Origin: a virus
IMG/VR virus record: IMGVR_UViG_3300031920_000373
Location: 64,758 to 101,489 of that record
DNA: 36,732 nt
Strand: one strand, 5' to 3'
This document shows, one piece after another, positions 27,105-35,254 of this stretch. The notes beneath the pieces are model-generated. The model was given only the letters and a program-made list of their open reading frames with translations. It had not been told where the DNA came from and made no database searches. Position numbers and translations under genes: made by a program. Position 1 is the first letter of the stretch. Each line of letters begins with the position of its first letter.

Positions 27105-27469
27105 AATAGCAGTTCCTTAGATTCAAGGTTGACTTCAATCACCTTATCTACTACCCGGGCAATGAGGCCAATTGGCATTTTCTTGATATCAGCAATATCA
27201 AGGTTTGCGGCTTCTTCAAGAACATCAGGAAAATTGTCAAACAATACTCCTGCGATTTTTAGAATGCTTTCTGGATGGTTCCAGTTATCAAAGGTGACCC
27301 CCACTTTTTCAAGAAGTTTTGTTACCCCTGTGAGTCTTTTTGAAATTTCGGAAATTTGTTCAAGGCCTAAAGGCTTGATTACGATGGATTGGGTACCTAT
27401 TTCTACAGTACCTCCGGGGAATAAAGATTCGAGGTCTACTGTTAATTTCTGCCGTGTTTTGTCTGACAT
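27005..27469 (-). CDS. Tail assembly chaperone (gpG-like)
   Basis: Lies between tail tube and tape measure; carries a slippery site near its end. Confidence 0.8.
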   Translation of the reverse strand: MSDKTRQKLTVDLESLFPGGTVEIGTQSIVIKPLGLEQISEISKRLTGVTKLLEKVGVTFDNWNHPESILKIAGVLFDNFPDVLEEAANLDIADIKKMPIGLIARVVDKVIEVNLESKELLLKNFGSLIKRLFPQEKTPEPILEPTPLKKIPGK

Positions 27470-27502
27470 GGCTCTTTCCTTCTTTTTATATAAGGGTGAA
27501 GG

Positions 27503-27539
27503 GTCTGGAGGACTCTTTTCTTTTGGTTGTCCTCCAGAC
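27503..27539 (-). terminator. 11-bp hairpin after the tail tube gene
   Basis: gtctggaggac-15 nt-gtcctccagac; position fits attenuation after a highly expressed gene; weak U-tract. Confidence 0.45.
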
Positions 27540-27560
27540 TCGTTAATTAAAGGTTAAATA

Positions 27561-28613
27561 TTACGTGGCCATCTGATTCATAATGATGTCCATATAAGGA
27601 GACAGTGGGTGGTTGGTCTCGTCTTTCAGAATCTCACCTGTAAAACCAAGAGTTGACCAGTCATCACCAATCAATGCGGTATCTCCGGCAGGCACAAGAG
27701 ATACACTCCATACTCGGAGTTCCTGCTGATTACCTGCTGGATTGTCGGAAACAAAACGAAGTTTACCAACAACCTGTGTATTGGCAAAACCCGCGATCTG
27801 GGTCCAGGACAGGGCGTCATACTGATAAGACACATGCAGGGTCTCCCCCACTGTTATCGAACCAGTTTCAATAACTCTGATACGGCCCAGTTTTTCATCA
27901 CTGAGGGAAATATCAATTTCATAATCGGTACCTGCAACATAGGTTGTGGTATCGGTAGAATCCTGTACAAGGACGAGGGGTGTGGTTGTAGCAGGAACCT
28001 GTGTTCCACCTGTCAGTGAATTAACCTCCGCAATACCTGCGGCTCCGCCAGTGAGGACTTCATCATCAATAAAGGCAGTGGTATTGGTTCGGGCAATGAT
28101 CAGGGTTCCCGTGGTAGCAGTTGCTCCAGCAGAAAGACCCAAAACAATTCCAGTGGCTCCGCCCGCTCCAGTAACAACTTCTCCTACAGCGAACAGGACG
28201 TTATCTGCGGCGGATTCATCATAGGGAAGATACCAGTTAATGATTCCACGGAAAGCAAGATCAACTCTGTTCCCGAGCGTATTGGGTGCCAGGACAACTT
28301 CAGCGGCAACAGAACCTGCTACCTGTGTTTCGGTTGTAACATCGCCCAAGGTGAGCAACGCCATGTTTTCTTTATTGACTTCATCAAGGGTAAAGGCAAG
28401 ACCCGGTGTAATCTGGGAAATGATTTCTTTATCCTTGGCTTTCAATCCACCACGTGAACTGTAATGTTCCAGGGTTTCAAGAGCAATGTTAAAAGTGAAG
28501 GCAGGGGCATTCCCGAGATCACGTTCTCCCTGATAAGTTCCAGAGACAAGCTGATCGAAGAACACCACGCCTTTTCCTAAAGTGTAATTGTCGGTATTTG
28601 GTGATGTGGCCAT
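27561..28613 (-). CDS. Major tail tube protein
   Basis: NYTLGKG...ERDLGNAPAF...LEHYSSRGG...G.LRFVSDNP.G...P.GD.ALIGDDW; GGAGG SD before ATG 28613. Confidence 0.9.
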   Translation of the reverse strand: MATSPNTDNYTLGKGVVFFDQLVSGTYQGERDLGNAPAFTFNIALETLEHYSSRGGLKAKDKEIISQITPGLAFTLDEVNKENMALLTLGDVTTETQVAGSVAAEVVLAPNTLGNRVDLAFRGIINWYLPYDESAADNVLFAVGEVVTGAGGATGIVLGLSAGATATTGTLIIARTNTTAFIDDEVLTGGAAGIAEVNSLTGGTQVPATTTPLVLVQDSTDTTTYVAGTDYEIDISLSDEKLGRIRVIETGSITVGETLHVSYQYDALSWTQIAGFANTQVVGKLRFVSDNPAGNQQELRVWSVSLVPAGDTALIGDDWSTLGFTGEILKDETNHPLSPYMDIIMNQMAT

Positions 28614-28614
28614 G

Positions 28615-29076
28615 TTAAAATCCTCCATCTGTATAAATTAAGTCCAAAACGAGCCTCATTACTTTGATATCAGGAAGCCCATATCCTACTGGTCCTTCTG
28701 TTCTATTCTCATTGATAAAAACGTCATCCGCAATAATCGAGCTATACGTAGGCTCTGCATTCGGATCATTCTCGTTCCTAACTTTGAAAATCGTTTTTCT
28801 CAGTTCCAGGAACAGTGCTTTAATATCAGGAGTGTCAACTTTATTAACTACCAGTTCAACAATTGTCTCCAGATCCCTTTGGGCGGGATATCCAAGTTTA
28901 TTCCTTGAAGCACGTTTAAAAATATTGTCAGTACCTTCCAGCAAAATCACACAAGGCAAATCCTCTGATTTTAAAGGGTCTGTCGGAGTACGCTTAAAGG
29001 TCTTTAAACCAAGGGAAGTTCTATCTGCCTTAATCCTTGCCTTTATTTCAAGTAGTCCTAATTCCCTATTTTCCAT
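28615..29076 (-). CDS. Tail terminator/completion protein
   Basis: Position before the tail tube; DLPCVILLEG motif. Confidence 0.65.
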   Translation of the reverse strand: MENRELGLLEIKARIKADRTSLGLKTFKRTPTDPLKSEDLPCVILLEGTDNIFKRASRNKLGYPAQRDLETIVELVVNKVDTPDIKALFLELRKTIFKVRNENDPNAEPTYSSIIADDVFINENRTEGPVGYGLPDIKVMRLVLDLIYTDGGF

Positions 29077-29537
29077 TAGATGACCTTTATGATACTGTTG
29101 GCTACCGTTTTTGCAATCTGCAACTGCCTGTCTTTATTATTCAAAAGAATCGGTCCCATAGCACCCCCTATTGTAAGTGCATGGCCTGGGCTCAATCCTC
29201 CTGCCCAAATACGCCCACCCGATTCAACGAGTTTGCCTGTTGGTTTTTTCTGACTTGGAAAGTACCATGGAGCGGCTCCAGGTGCTATCCCTTCATTCAT
29301 TATGCCTGCTTTAGGATCATCATTTAAAACACTTGCACTGGCAAGAACTCCCGCAGGAGAAAAACGAGGAGAAGACTTTTTCCAGCTTGACCGATATGCA
29401 CCGGTGTCTACAGGAGACCTCTCCTGCAAATCAGAAACCAATTTCGGGATTTCTGAATCTAATGCCGCTTGAGAAGCTTGTTTCATCCTCTTAGGCAGAC
29501 TATTCAAGTCCCTGATTAATTCCTTCAAAGTTCCCAT
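29076..29537 (-). CDS. HK97 gp10-like tail completion protein
   Basis: RSPVDTGAYRSSW motif. Confidence 0.8.
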   Translation of the reverse strand: MGTLKELIRDLNSLPKRMKQASQAALDSEIPKLVSDLQERSPVDTGAYRSSWKKSSPRFSPAGVLASASVLNDDPKAGIMNEGIAPGAAPWYFPSQKKPTGKLVESGGRIWAGGLSPGHALTIGGAMGPILLNNKDRQLQIAKTVANSIIKVI

Positions 29538-29902
29538 TAGTTTCTCCTAAGTAGCAAGGTGTAAAGAACATCCATTGGATCGAGATCGAATCCTTCTAAG
29601 GTATATCTCTTTCCTTCAAAAATGCAGTACCCCTGTGTATTCATTTCACAATTCACCAGATCAACACTTGGCATCAGCCCTTTAATATCCTGCGGCTGAA
29701 TCAACTTAGAGAATGTAAGAAGTTCTACATCCTTTTCAGTAAACTTCTCAAAAAGACACCTAACAACGTCTGTAGTTACTACAGGTGTATCCTCGAACCC
29801 GTCATCATCACTGGTGTTATACGTGCCAGTTTTGACAGCCTCTTCAAAAGTCTTGAAAATAGTCTCAACACCTTTTAGGAATATATTTCTGAGTTTTGCC
29901 AT
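29537..29902 (-). CDS. Head closure (stopper) protein
   Basis: Size and position between adaptor and gp10-like gene; beta-rich C-terminus. Confidence 0.6.
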   Translation of the reverse strand: MAKLRNIFLKGVETIFKTFEEAVKTGTYNTSDDDGFEDTPVVTTDVVRCLFEKFTEKDVELLTFSKLIQPQDIKGLMPSVDLVNCEMNTQGYCIFEGKRYTLEGFDLDPMDVLYTLLLRRN

Positions 29903-29903
29903 T

Positions 29904-30407
29904 TTATGCCCTCAATAAACGGACTACGCCACCCCTGTTATACAGATCCGAAACAATGTTATACACATTATCGGGAACAGGTTTAGCATTGGTTTGATTT
30001 GGTTTTTCAGCTCCTGCCTGGATCATAAGAGATCCCGCCCTAAGTTGTCCGATTCCTGCTAAGGGATCATCTTCCATTCGGTCAGCATCAATGTTGGCAA
30101 AGGCTTGCTCATACGTGGCCGTTTTTACTTCAGGAGGCAAGACACCATCATCAATCTCCGTTCCATCGGGCCTAATAGCTCCTGTTCTGGGCCATTGCAT
30201 TGATTGAGCAACTATAACCTTTGTACCTTTCCATTTAATATACCAATCCAACATCTGGGATGAGGAAATTAATAAGCTGGATTTCACTTCATCTGTCAAT
30301 GCCTCCCAGGCTGAGGCATGCATACGATCTGCAAAATAGATCTCTGCCTCAGCGAGGGTTACATAGGAGTTGGCATCGCTGGCACCTAATGTTGCATTTA
30401 AGGCCAT
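29904..30407 (-). CDS. Head-tail adaptor (DnaT-like phage family)
   Basis: ANSYVTLAEA..YF...W.G......Q...WPR...P.EVK.A. Confidence 0.8.
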   Translation of the reverse strand: MALNATLGASDANSYVTLAEAEIYFADRMHASAWEALTDEVKSSLLISSSQMLDWYIKWKGTKVIVAQSMQWPRTGAIRPDGTEIDDGVLPPEVKTATYEQAFANIDADRMEDDPLAGIGQLRAGSLMIQAGAEKPNQTNAKPVPDNVYNIVSDLYNRGGVVRLLRA

Positions 30408-30416
30408 TTATTCCTC

Positions 30417-30680
30417 CTACTTACTTTTCTTGGAGGTTATAATTTTTACTGTCTTCAATGGTGCGGGGGCAGAATCTTTTTTGGAGGCATCTTCATTTGC
30501 TGCCGCTTCTTCGGCTTCGATTTGTGCCTGTAGTTCAGCTTCCTCGGCCACCTCAGCATCCGCTTTGGCTTTGGCTTCCTCTGCCACCTTATCCGTTCTG
30601 CTCCAGCCGGCATCAAGGCATGTACTCAGTTGGTCTTTATCAACAAACTGCATACATTTCCCGTCCTTATAAAGCTTCAT
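30417..30680 (-). CDS. Small Ala/Glu/Lys-rich protein after the capsid gene
   Basis: AAGGAG SD; LDAGW motif followed by a low-complexity tail. Confidence 0.65.
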   Translation of the reverse strand: MKLYKDGKCMQFVDKDQLSTCLDAGWSRTDKVAEEAKAKADAEVAEEAELQAQIEAEEAAANEDASKKDSAPAPLKTVKIITSKKSK

Positions 30681-30730
30681 ATCGTGTCTCCTTTAACTTT
30701 GAAATTAATGACTATACCCAGCCTGATGTA

Positions 30731-31906
30731 TTAGGCGGTCTTGTCACCAATGAGGGTCATACGTCTCGGATCCAAAGCAAACGCACCGCACAGGAGATCC
30801 ATGGACATTGTGGTTTTCTTGCCACTCAGATCGTAACCTTTAACAATACGGATGCCAATACCATTGTTCGTGGCTGTAGCGGCAACTCTGTCTTCCGGAA
30901 GATCGAGCATGGGGAAGGCAACTGCAAGGGATCTGTCATCCATTATAACACCGTGATGCTGAACATCTTTACCGGAGGCAACAATTGTAACCGCGGCTCC
31001 GTCGGGGATGATTTCAGTGATAGGGTCAACAAGCACAATGGATACAGTGGAATCGCCAGTAGTGGAACCAGTATCAGCAACAGCTGTTTTAACAATCAAG
31101 GGCCGTCTCACGCCTGCAATTTGGATTCTGTCACCAACTACAAGAGTCAGGGCGGTAGCAATCACATCACAAGTCAAAATTTCATCACCGATGAGATTCT
31201 TGGTACCTGAGGCATTGTCGGTAGTGGTTACATGTGTACCAACTGTATAAGCGGCCGTTTCAGTCGGATAGGCGATGCTGGAATAAAAGTCCATTCCCAT
31301 AACACGTCCCATGTCAGCATTACGGAGGGTAGTCTCGCCGTCTGCGCCACGAGTCTGACTCTGGTTAAACCAGGTCTGTCCCAGGAGGGTTGCTTCAATG
31401 TCCAGATCGACCAGACAGAAACGATTCATGGCCAACTGTTGCAATGTGGCAGTTTTTCTCGCCAGGGCAATATCAGCGGCAGTTTCATAAAGGGCTGTAC
31501 TGTAATAAGCACCCGCGGCCTGGAGAAGTTTGGTACCGATGTAGGCGTCAACTTTTTCAGCCAGTTTGTAGGTGGCGGGCTGGATGACCTGTTCTACGAA
31601 AGAGTCCAGATCAAGTGCGGCCTCTCGGGCAGTCACTTCGACGGAAATATCGAAATGTTTTTCAATACTCATGGGCCTGGTGCTGGAACCGATGGACTGA
31701 GTGGAGATAGTGGTTGAAAATTCATCAACCTCATACTCACCGTGTGTCCTGAATGATACAGAGTCTCCGACTTTCCAGCCATTTGCCTTAGTGGTAAAAT
31801 CACTGGTCTTGTCTTTGGCACAAAGAGGTGCAATTACGAGTGCGTCCTCAAGATGTGTCAATGCCTCTGCGGCGATTATTGATGGGTGTTCCCAAATGTT
31901 TGCCAT
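30731..31906 (-). CDS. Major capsid protein, P22 coat (gp5)-like
   Basis: MAN...IIAAEAL..LE..LV...KVGDSV...V..TARE..L.LD.F...A...LAEKVD...G..IRIV..YD; GGAGG SD before ATG 31906. Confidence 0.9.
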   Translation of the reverse strand: MANIWEHPSIIAAEALTHLEDALVIAPLCAKDKTSDFTTKANGWKVGDSVSFRTHGEYEVDEFSTTISTQSIGSSTRPMSIEKHFDISVEVTAREAALDLDSFVEQVIQPATYKLAEKVDAYIGTKLLQAAGAYYSTALYETAADIALARKTATLQQLAMNRFCLVDLDIEATLLGQTWFNQSQTRGADGETTLRNADMGRVMGMDFYSSIAYPTETAAYTVGTHVTTTDNASGTKNLIGDEILTCDVIATALTLVVGDRIQIAGVRRPLIVKTAVADTGSTTGDSTVSIVLVDPITEIIPDGAAVTIVASGKDVQHHGVIMDDRSLAVAFPMLDLPEDRVAATATNNGIGIRIVKGYDLSGKKTTMSMDLLCGAFALDPRRMTLIGDKTA

Positions 31907-32053
31907 TTTAAATTCCTCCAATTAGAATTAATTACGTTCACCGATCTAAATGAAAAGGGCCGGTGAAACTTTTACTTTTCAATAAATGTTTTTCCGACCC
32001 CCGAGGTCTTCAAAATGTTGGTGCTTCACAGAAACACCCTTAGGCTATTTGAC

Positions 32054-32082
32054 ATAATAATTAATAAAAATACATAAGTCAA
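32054..32082 (-). promoter_or_regulatory. Candidate sigma70-type promoter for the capsid gene
   Basis: TTGACT-17 nt-TATTAT in the scaffold-capsid gap. Confidence 0.55.
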
Positions 32083-32095
32083 GCCAAAAATAAAA

Positions 32096-32878
32096 TTATT
32101 TTTTAGCCTTGTTGTGTTTGTCCCTCAAGACACGATAACCTTTCATATCACCTTTGGCGGCCAGTTCAGCAAGCTTTGTGGTGTGGTCACTATCATTTCC
32201 GCCAAGGCCTCCTTCAGCTCCAGCTCCTTCTGATCCTGGCCAGTAATGGGGAGAGGTGTCTTTCAATCCTTCTATCCAATTTTTGGGGTTAAGAACTTTC
32301 TTGTCTTCGGTAACAGAGAGTTTACCCTCATTATCCCGTGCCTCAATCTGTTTGCTGTCATCAAGGGAAAAGATTCCTCTCCCTCTAAGGATAATATCTT
32401 CAACAGCTTCCGATCGAACACCTTGTTTGATTGCTTCCGCCCTCAACCCATCATCAATGACTTTGGATTCAAAGAGAGTCTGGTAAGTGGTGCCATGTGT
32501 CTCGGCGACAGTCAACTTACCTGATAGTTCGGTTACCACTGTTTCATGGTCCGACATTAACTGGGAAGTTTTCTTTTCAATCAATTCCTCAACCGTTCCA
32601 TCCTTCAGGAACTCTGCATCCTTGTTCTTTTCATAGAAGTCGGTAGCCGTCTTGACAGTATCAACATTGATGCCGTCAAATTTCTTCAAGCTTTCCTGTA
32701 AAGTTTTCTTTTCTCCAAGAATCTCTGCGTTTTTGGTTTTAAGTCCTGAAACCGCTTCATCTACTTGGGTCTTGGCTGAGTTGGTCAAATTGACTGTTAA
32801 CTCATCAACCTCAAGCTTATGGGCGTTTTCTACCCTCTCCCTGATGTCTGTGTCTTCGATAAATGTAAAATCTGGCAT
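32096..32878 (-). CDS. Capsid scaffolding protein
   Basis: Coiled coil GLKTKNAEILGEKK; PHYWP.S.GAGA.GG tail; directly before the capsid gene; GAGGAG SD before ATG 32878. Confidence 0.85.
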   Translation of the reverse strand: MPDFTFIEDTDIRERVENAHKLEVDELTVNLTNSAKTQVDEAVSGLKTKNAEILGEKKTLQESLKKFDGINVDTVKTATDFYEKNKDAEFLKDGTVEELIEKKTSQLMSDHETVVTELSGKLTVAETHGTTYQTLFESKVIDDGLRAEAIKQGVRSEAVEDIILRGRGIFSLDDSKQIEARDNEGKLSVTEDKKVLNPKNWIEGLKDTSPHYWPGSEGAGAEGGLGGNDSDHTTKLAELAAKGDMKGYRVLRDKHNKAKK

Positions 32879-32937
32879 TTTCTTTCTCCTCAATTATGAA
32901 ATCCTCAGGATTTCAGTTATGGAACCCCTGGTTCCTG

Positions 32938-33471
32938 TTATATTATCCTTTGTACATATAAATAAGCAGGACTATCAATATCACATCCCGCCCAATCTAA
33001 GCATTGTTCTCCCGCCAGTCTGGCACAAACGGCATTGTCAAAATCTTTGTAGGACCCAAGTTGTTTTTGCTTCTTATCTACACAAATTTGGGCTCTCCAT
33101 TTATTTGTATTTTTATTCCAGAAAACACCTTTTACTCCACTGGTATTATTTTTAAAATTACCTCTATTCCTCATTTGGCATTGGTGAGATGCTTCCCTAA
33201 GGTTGGAAATCCAATTATGATGCCTATGTTCGGGTAGCTTATCAATGTGATCAATTTCACTTTCTGGCATATACCCATAATAAAAGAACCAAGCTAAACG
33301 ATGGGCCTTATAAGATGCGCCCTCAACTATTATTTGGATATAACCCTCAATACCCTTGCTTCCTGCGATATCTCCTATTTTTATACACACGTTCGGAGAA
33401 ACTTTCCATTTAAATATACCTGTAAATTCATTATATTCCAATAAATGAATTAATCTTTCATAGGTTAACAT
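32938..33471 (-). CDS. HNH-AP2 homing endonuclease
   Basis: YKAHRLAW...EIDHID...NWISNLRE, then NTSGVKGV.W.....KWRAQI...LG (AP2/IENR-like). Confidence 0.9.
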   Translation of the reverse strand: MLTYERLIHLLEYNEFTGIFKWKVSPNVCIKIGDIAGSKGIEGYIQIIVEGASYKAHRLAWFFYYGYMPESEIDHIDKLPEHRHHNWISNLREASHQCQMRNRGNFKNNTSGVKGVFWNKNTNKWRAQICVDKKQKQLGSYKDFDNAVCARLAGEQCLDWAGCDIDSPAYLYVQRII

Positions 33472-33573
33472 GACTATATTTGATCCTCTGGACCTTCGCT
33501 TTTGGTCGCTGTGGATTTAACATTCGTTTCTTTTTTGGTAGTACTGGTGGATGCTGTAGTCTTTTTAGTGCCG

Positions 33574-34974
33574 TCATTCATTAAGATCATCATCCTCTTG
33601 GGGCGGTTTATTCTGAGCAAGCAATAACAGGTAATCATTGAAACCGATTGTCTGATCAAGCAGGCCTGAATAAACAAGGTATCTATGTACTACAGGAAGT
33701 GGAATAACTTCTTTACCGTACCCTTCAACTATTTCCTTCAATACGGAAGAATCAGGAATACCCTGAGTTAATGACGAGGGAGCATCAAGTATAACATCCT
33801 CTTCATTATATCCTCCCCACTTACACATTGCGAGTAGGCCTTGTTTGATCGCATTCATTGCGGCAAGGTATACTGAATAAATGGAAGCTGATTGGGTGGA
33901 CTGTCTGATCCTTAATGATTCTGCGGCTTCAACACCTTTACGGGCATCAAGAATTGCAACTCCATGACGAATGGCCTCATCGTATAGATCACTTATATGA
34001 TCCTTAACATGCGACAGTGCGGCTGTATCTGTTTGAGTATAAAATATCCGGGCGGCTTCATTGGGCAAAACAATCATGACAGATGAGCCGACTACATTGG
34101 GCAAATCCTTGTCGTTTGTTGCGCCGACTATGCATAGGGTGGGGTTGCATGACAAATACTCTGAATTGGCTAAATCCGCTTCTTTCCTGTATATCTGAAC
34201 AGAGCAGTTGGCGACAGAGATAAGTGGAATCGGTTGCATATCAAAGGAGTTATTGATTGATCCTGCGAGGAATAAAGGAATCTCATCAATAGATTTCCCT
34301 CTGAATTTAGGAACAACTATGGATCCTTTAATCTCTCCATCTTCTCCATGAAGTTTGGTATAGTAGTTACCCTTATCATCCAGGTGAAGGACTCGGAAAA
34401 CATCTTCGGTTTCATGGGAAAAAGGGTCAAGGTCGGCAGGTTTTGTTTCTTTTAATACACCCAATGACAGGCTTCTTTCATCCTCAACCAGTGCTGTCTG
34501 CCAATTAATGAACTCCTCTGCCTTGTATTGGACAAATCGGAACTCATTCTTGGCAGAAATAATATCAACCAATATAGGAGATCGTCCAGTCTGGAATATT
34601 TCAATGATCATATCAAGGAAAAGTTGTTGTAATGATCTCCCATCCTTGGTTGCTGTCTTTATAATGTATTCAAGTTTCTTGGGAACGTTGAACTCAGGGA
34701 GTTTGGTAATGACAATGCCTAAGGCTCCCTGTAAGGCGTATGAAGTGATTAATGGGAAATGGGCACGTTCCACGTAAGGAGCATATGCACTCGCATAATC
34801 TCCGGTCATTCCAGAAGGACGGGGAAGATACGCTTCTCCCTTTGCTTTGACAACATCCTCACCGTCCATACAGTCACGGATTTTTGCCCAAGCGTTTTTA
34901 AATTTAATATAATCAGGGTGCTCCGTATCTACAGAACCTGTATAAAAATTTGCGGTGGGTTTGTCATCAGGCAT
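33574..34974 (-). CDS. Portal protein (DUF4055-type)
   Basis: HPDY...W..IRD...GE..VK..GE.YLP...Y..Y..RA...EAAESLRIR; lies between terminase and scaffold. Confidence 0.9.
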   Translation of the reverse strand: MPDDKPTANFYTGSVDTEHPDYIKFKNAWAKIRDCMDGEDVVKAKGEAYLPRPSGMTGDYASAYAPYVERAHFPLITSYALQGALGIVITKLPEFNVPKKLEYIIKTATKDGRSLQQLFLDMIIEIFQTGRSPILVDIISAKNEFRFVQYKAEEFINWQTALVEDERSLSLGVLKETKPADLDPFSHETEDVFRVLHLDDKGNYYTKLHGEDGEIKGSIVVPKFRGKSIDEIPLFLAGSINNSFDMQPIPLISVANCSVQIYRKEADLANSEYLSCNPTLCIVGATNDKDLPNVVGSSVMIVLPNEAARIFYTQTDTAALSHVKDHISDLYDEAIRHGVAILDARKGVEAAESLRIRQSTQSASIYSVYLAAMNAIKQGLLAMCKWGGYNEEDVILDAPSSLTQGIPDSSVLKEIVEGYGKEVIPLPVVHRYLVYSGLLDQTIGFNDYLLLLAQNKPPQEDDDLNE

Positions 34975-34977
34975 GTC

Positions 34978-35253
34978 TTATCTCCTTTTTGTTACACCGG
35001 GAATATTCGTGTTGCTTCGGATAATTGCTCCACCGGAACGAGTAGAACTGGCTTTTTGTACATTTGCCTTTCTTCTGGGAGCAGGTTTTGCTACCTTATT
35101 AAAAGATTTTGCACGAGTTTCCGCTTGCTTTGCCATTTTCTTTGCTTCTGTTTTCGCTCCCTTTAACCTTGCGGGGGATTGTTTGATTACTTCTGCCTCT
35201 GCCAATGCGTTTGCATCTGATTCCCTTTGCCATTTTTTTTCATTCCATGCCAT
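34978..35253 (-). CDS. Small basic protein between terminase and portal
   Basis: EKKWQRESDANALAEAEVIK...RL..A followed by a Lys/Arg-rich tail. Confidence 0.7.
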   Translation of the reverse strand: MAWNEKKWQRESDANALAEAEVIKQSPARLKGAKTEAKKMAKQAETRAKSFNKVAKPAPRRKANVQKASSTRSGGAIIRSNTNIPGVTKRR

Positions 35254-35254
35254 G

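Noticed and set aside
30458-31717. Long + strand ORFs (250 and 161 aa) opposite the capsid gene, and similar ORFs opposite tail genes
   Set aside because: Antisense shadows of codon-biased genes with no recognisable motifs.
30731-34974. P22-type coat combined with a long-tail module as a novel chimera
   Set aside because: This combination, with DUF4055-type portals, is already familiar among siphoviruses.
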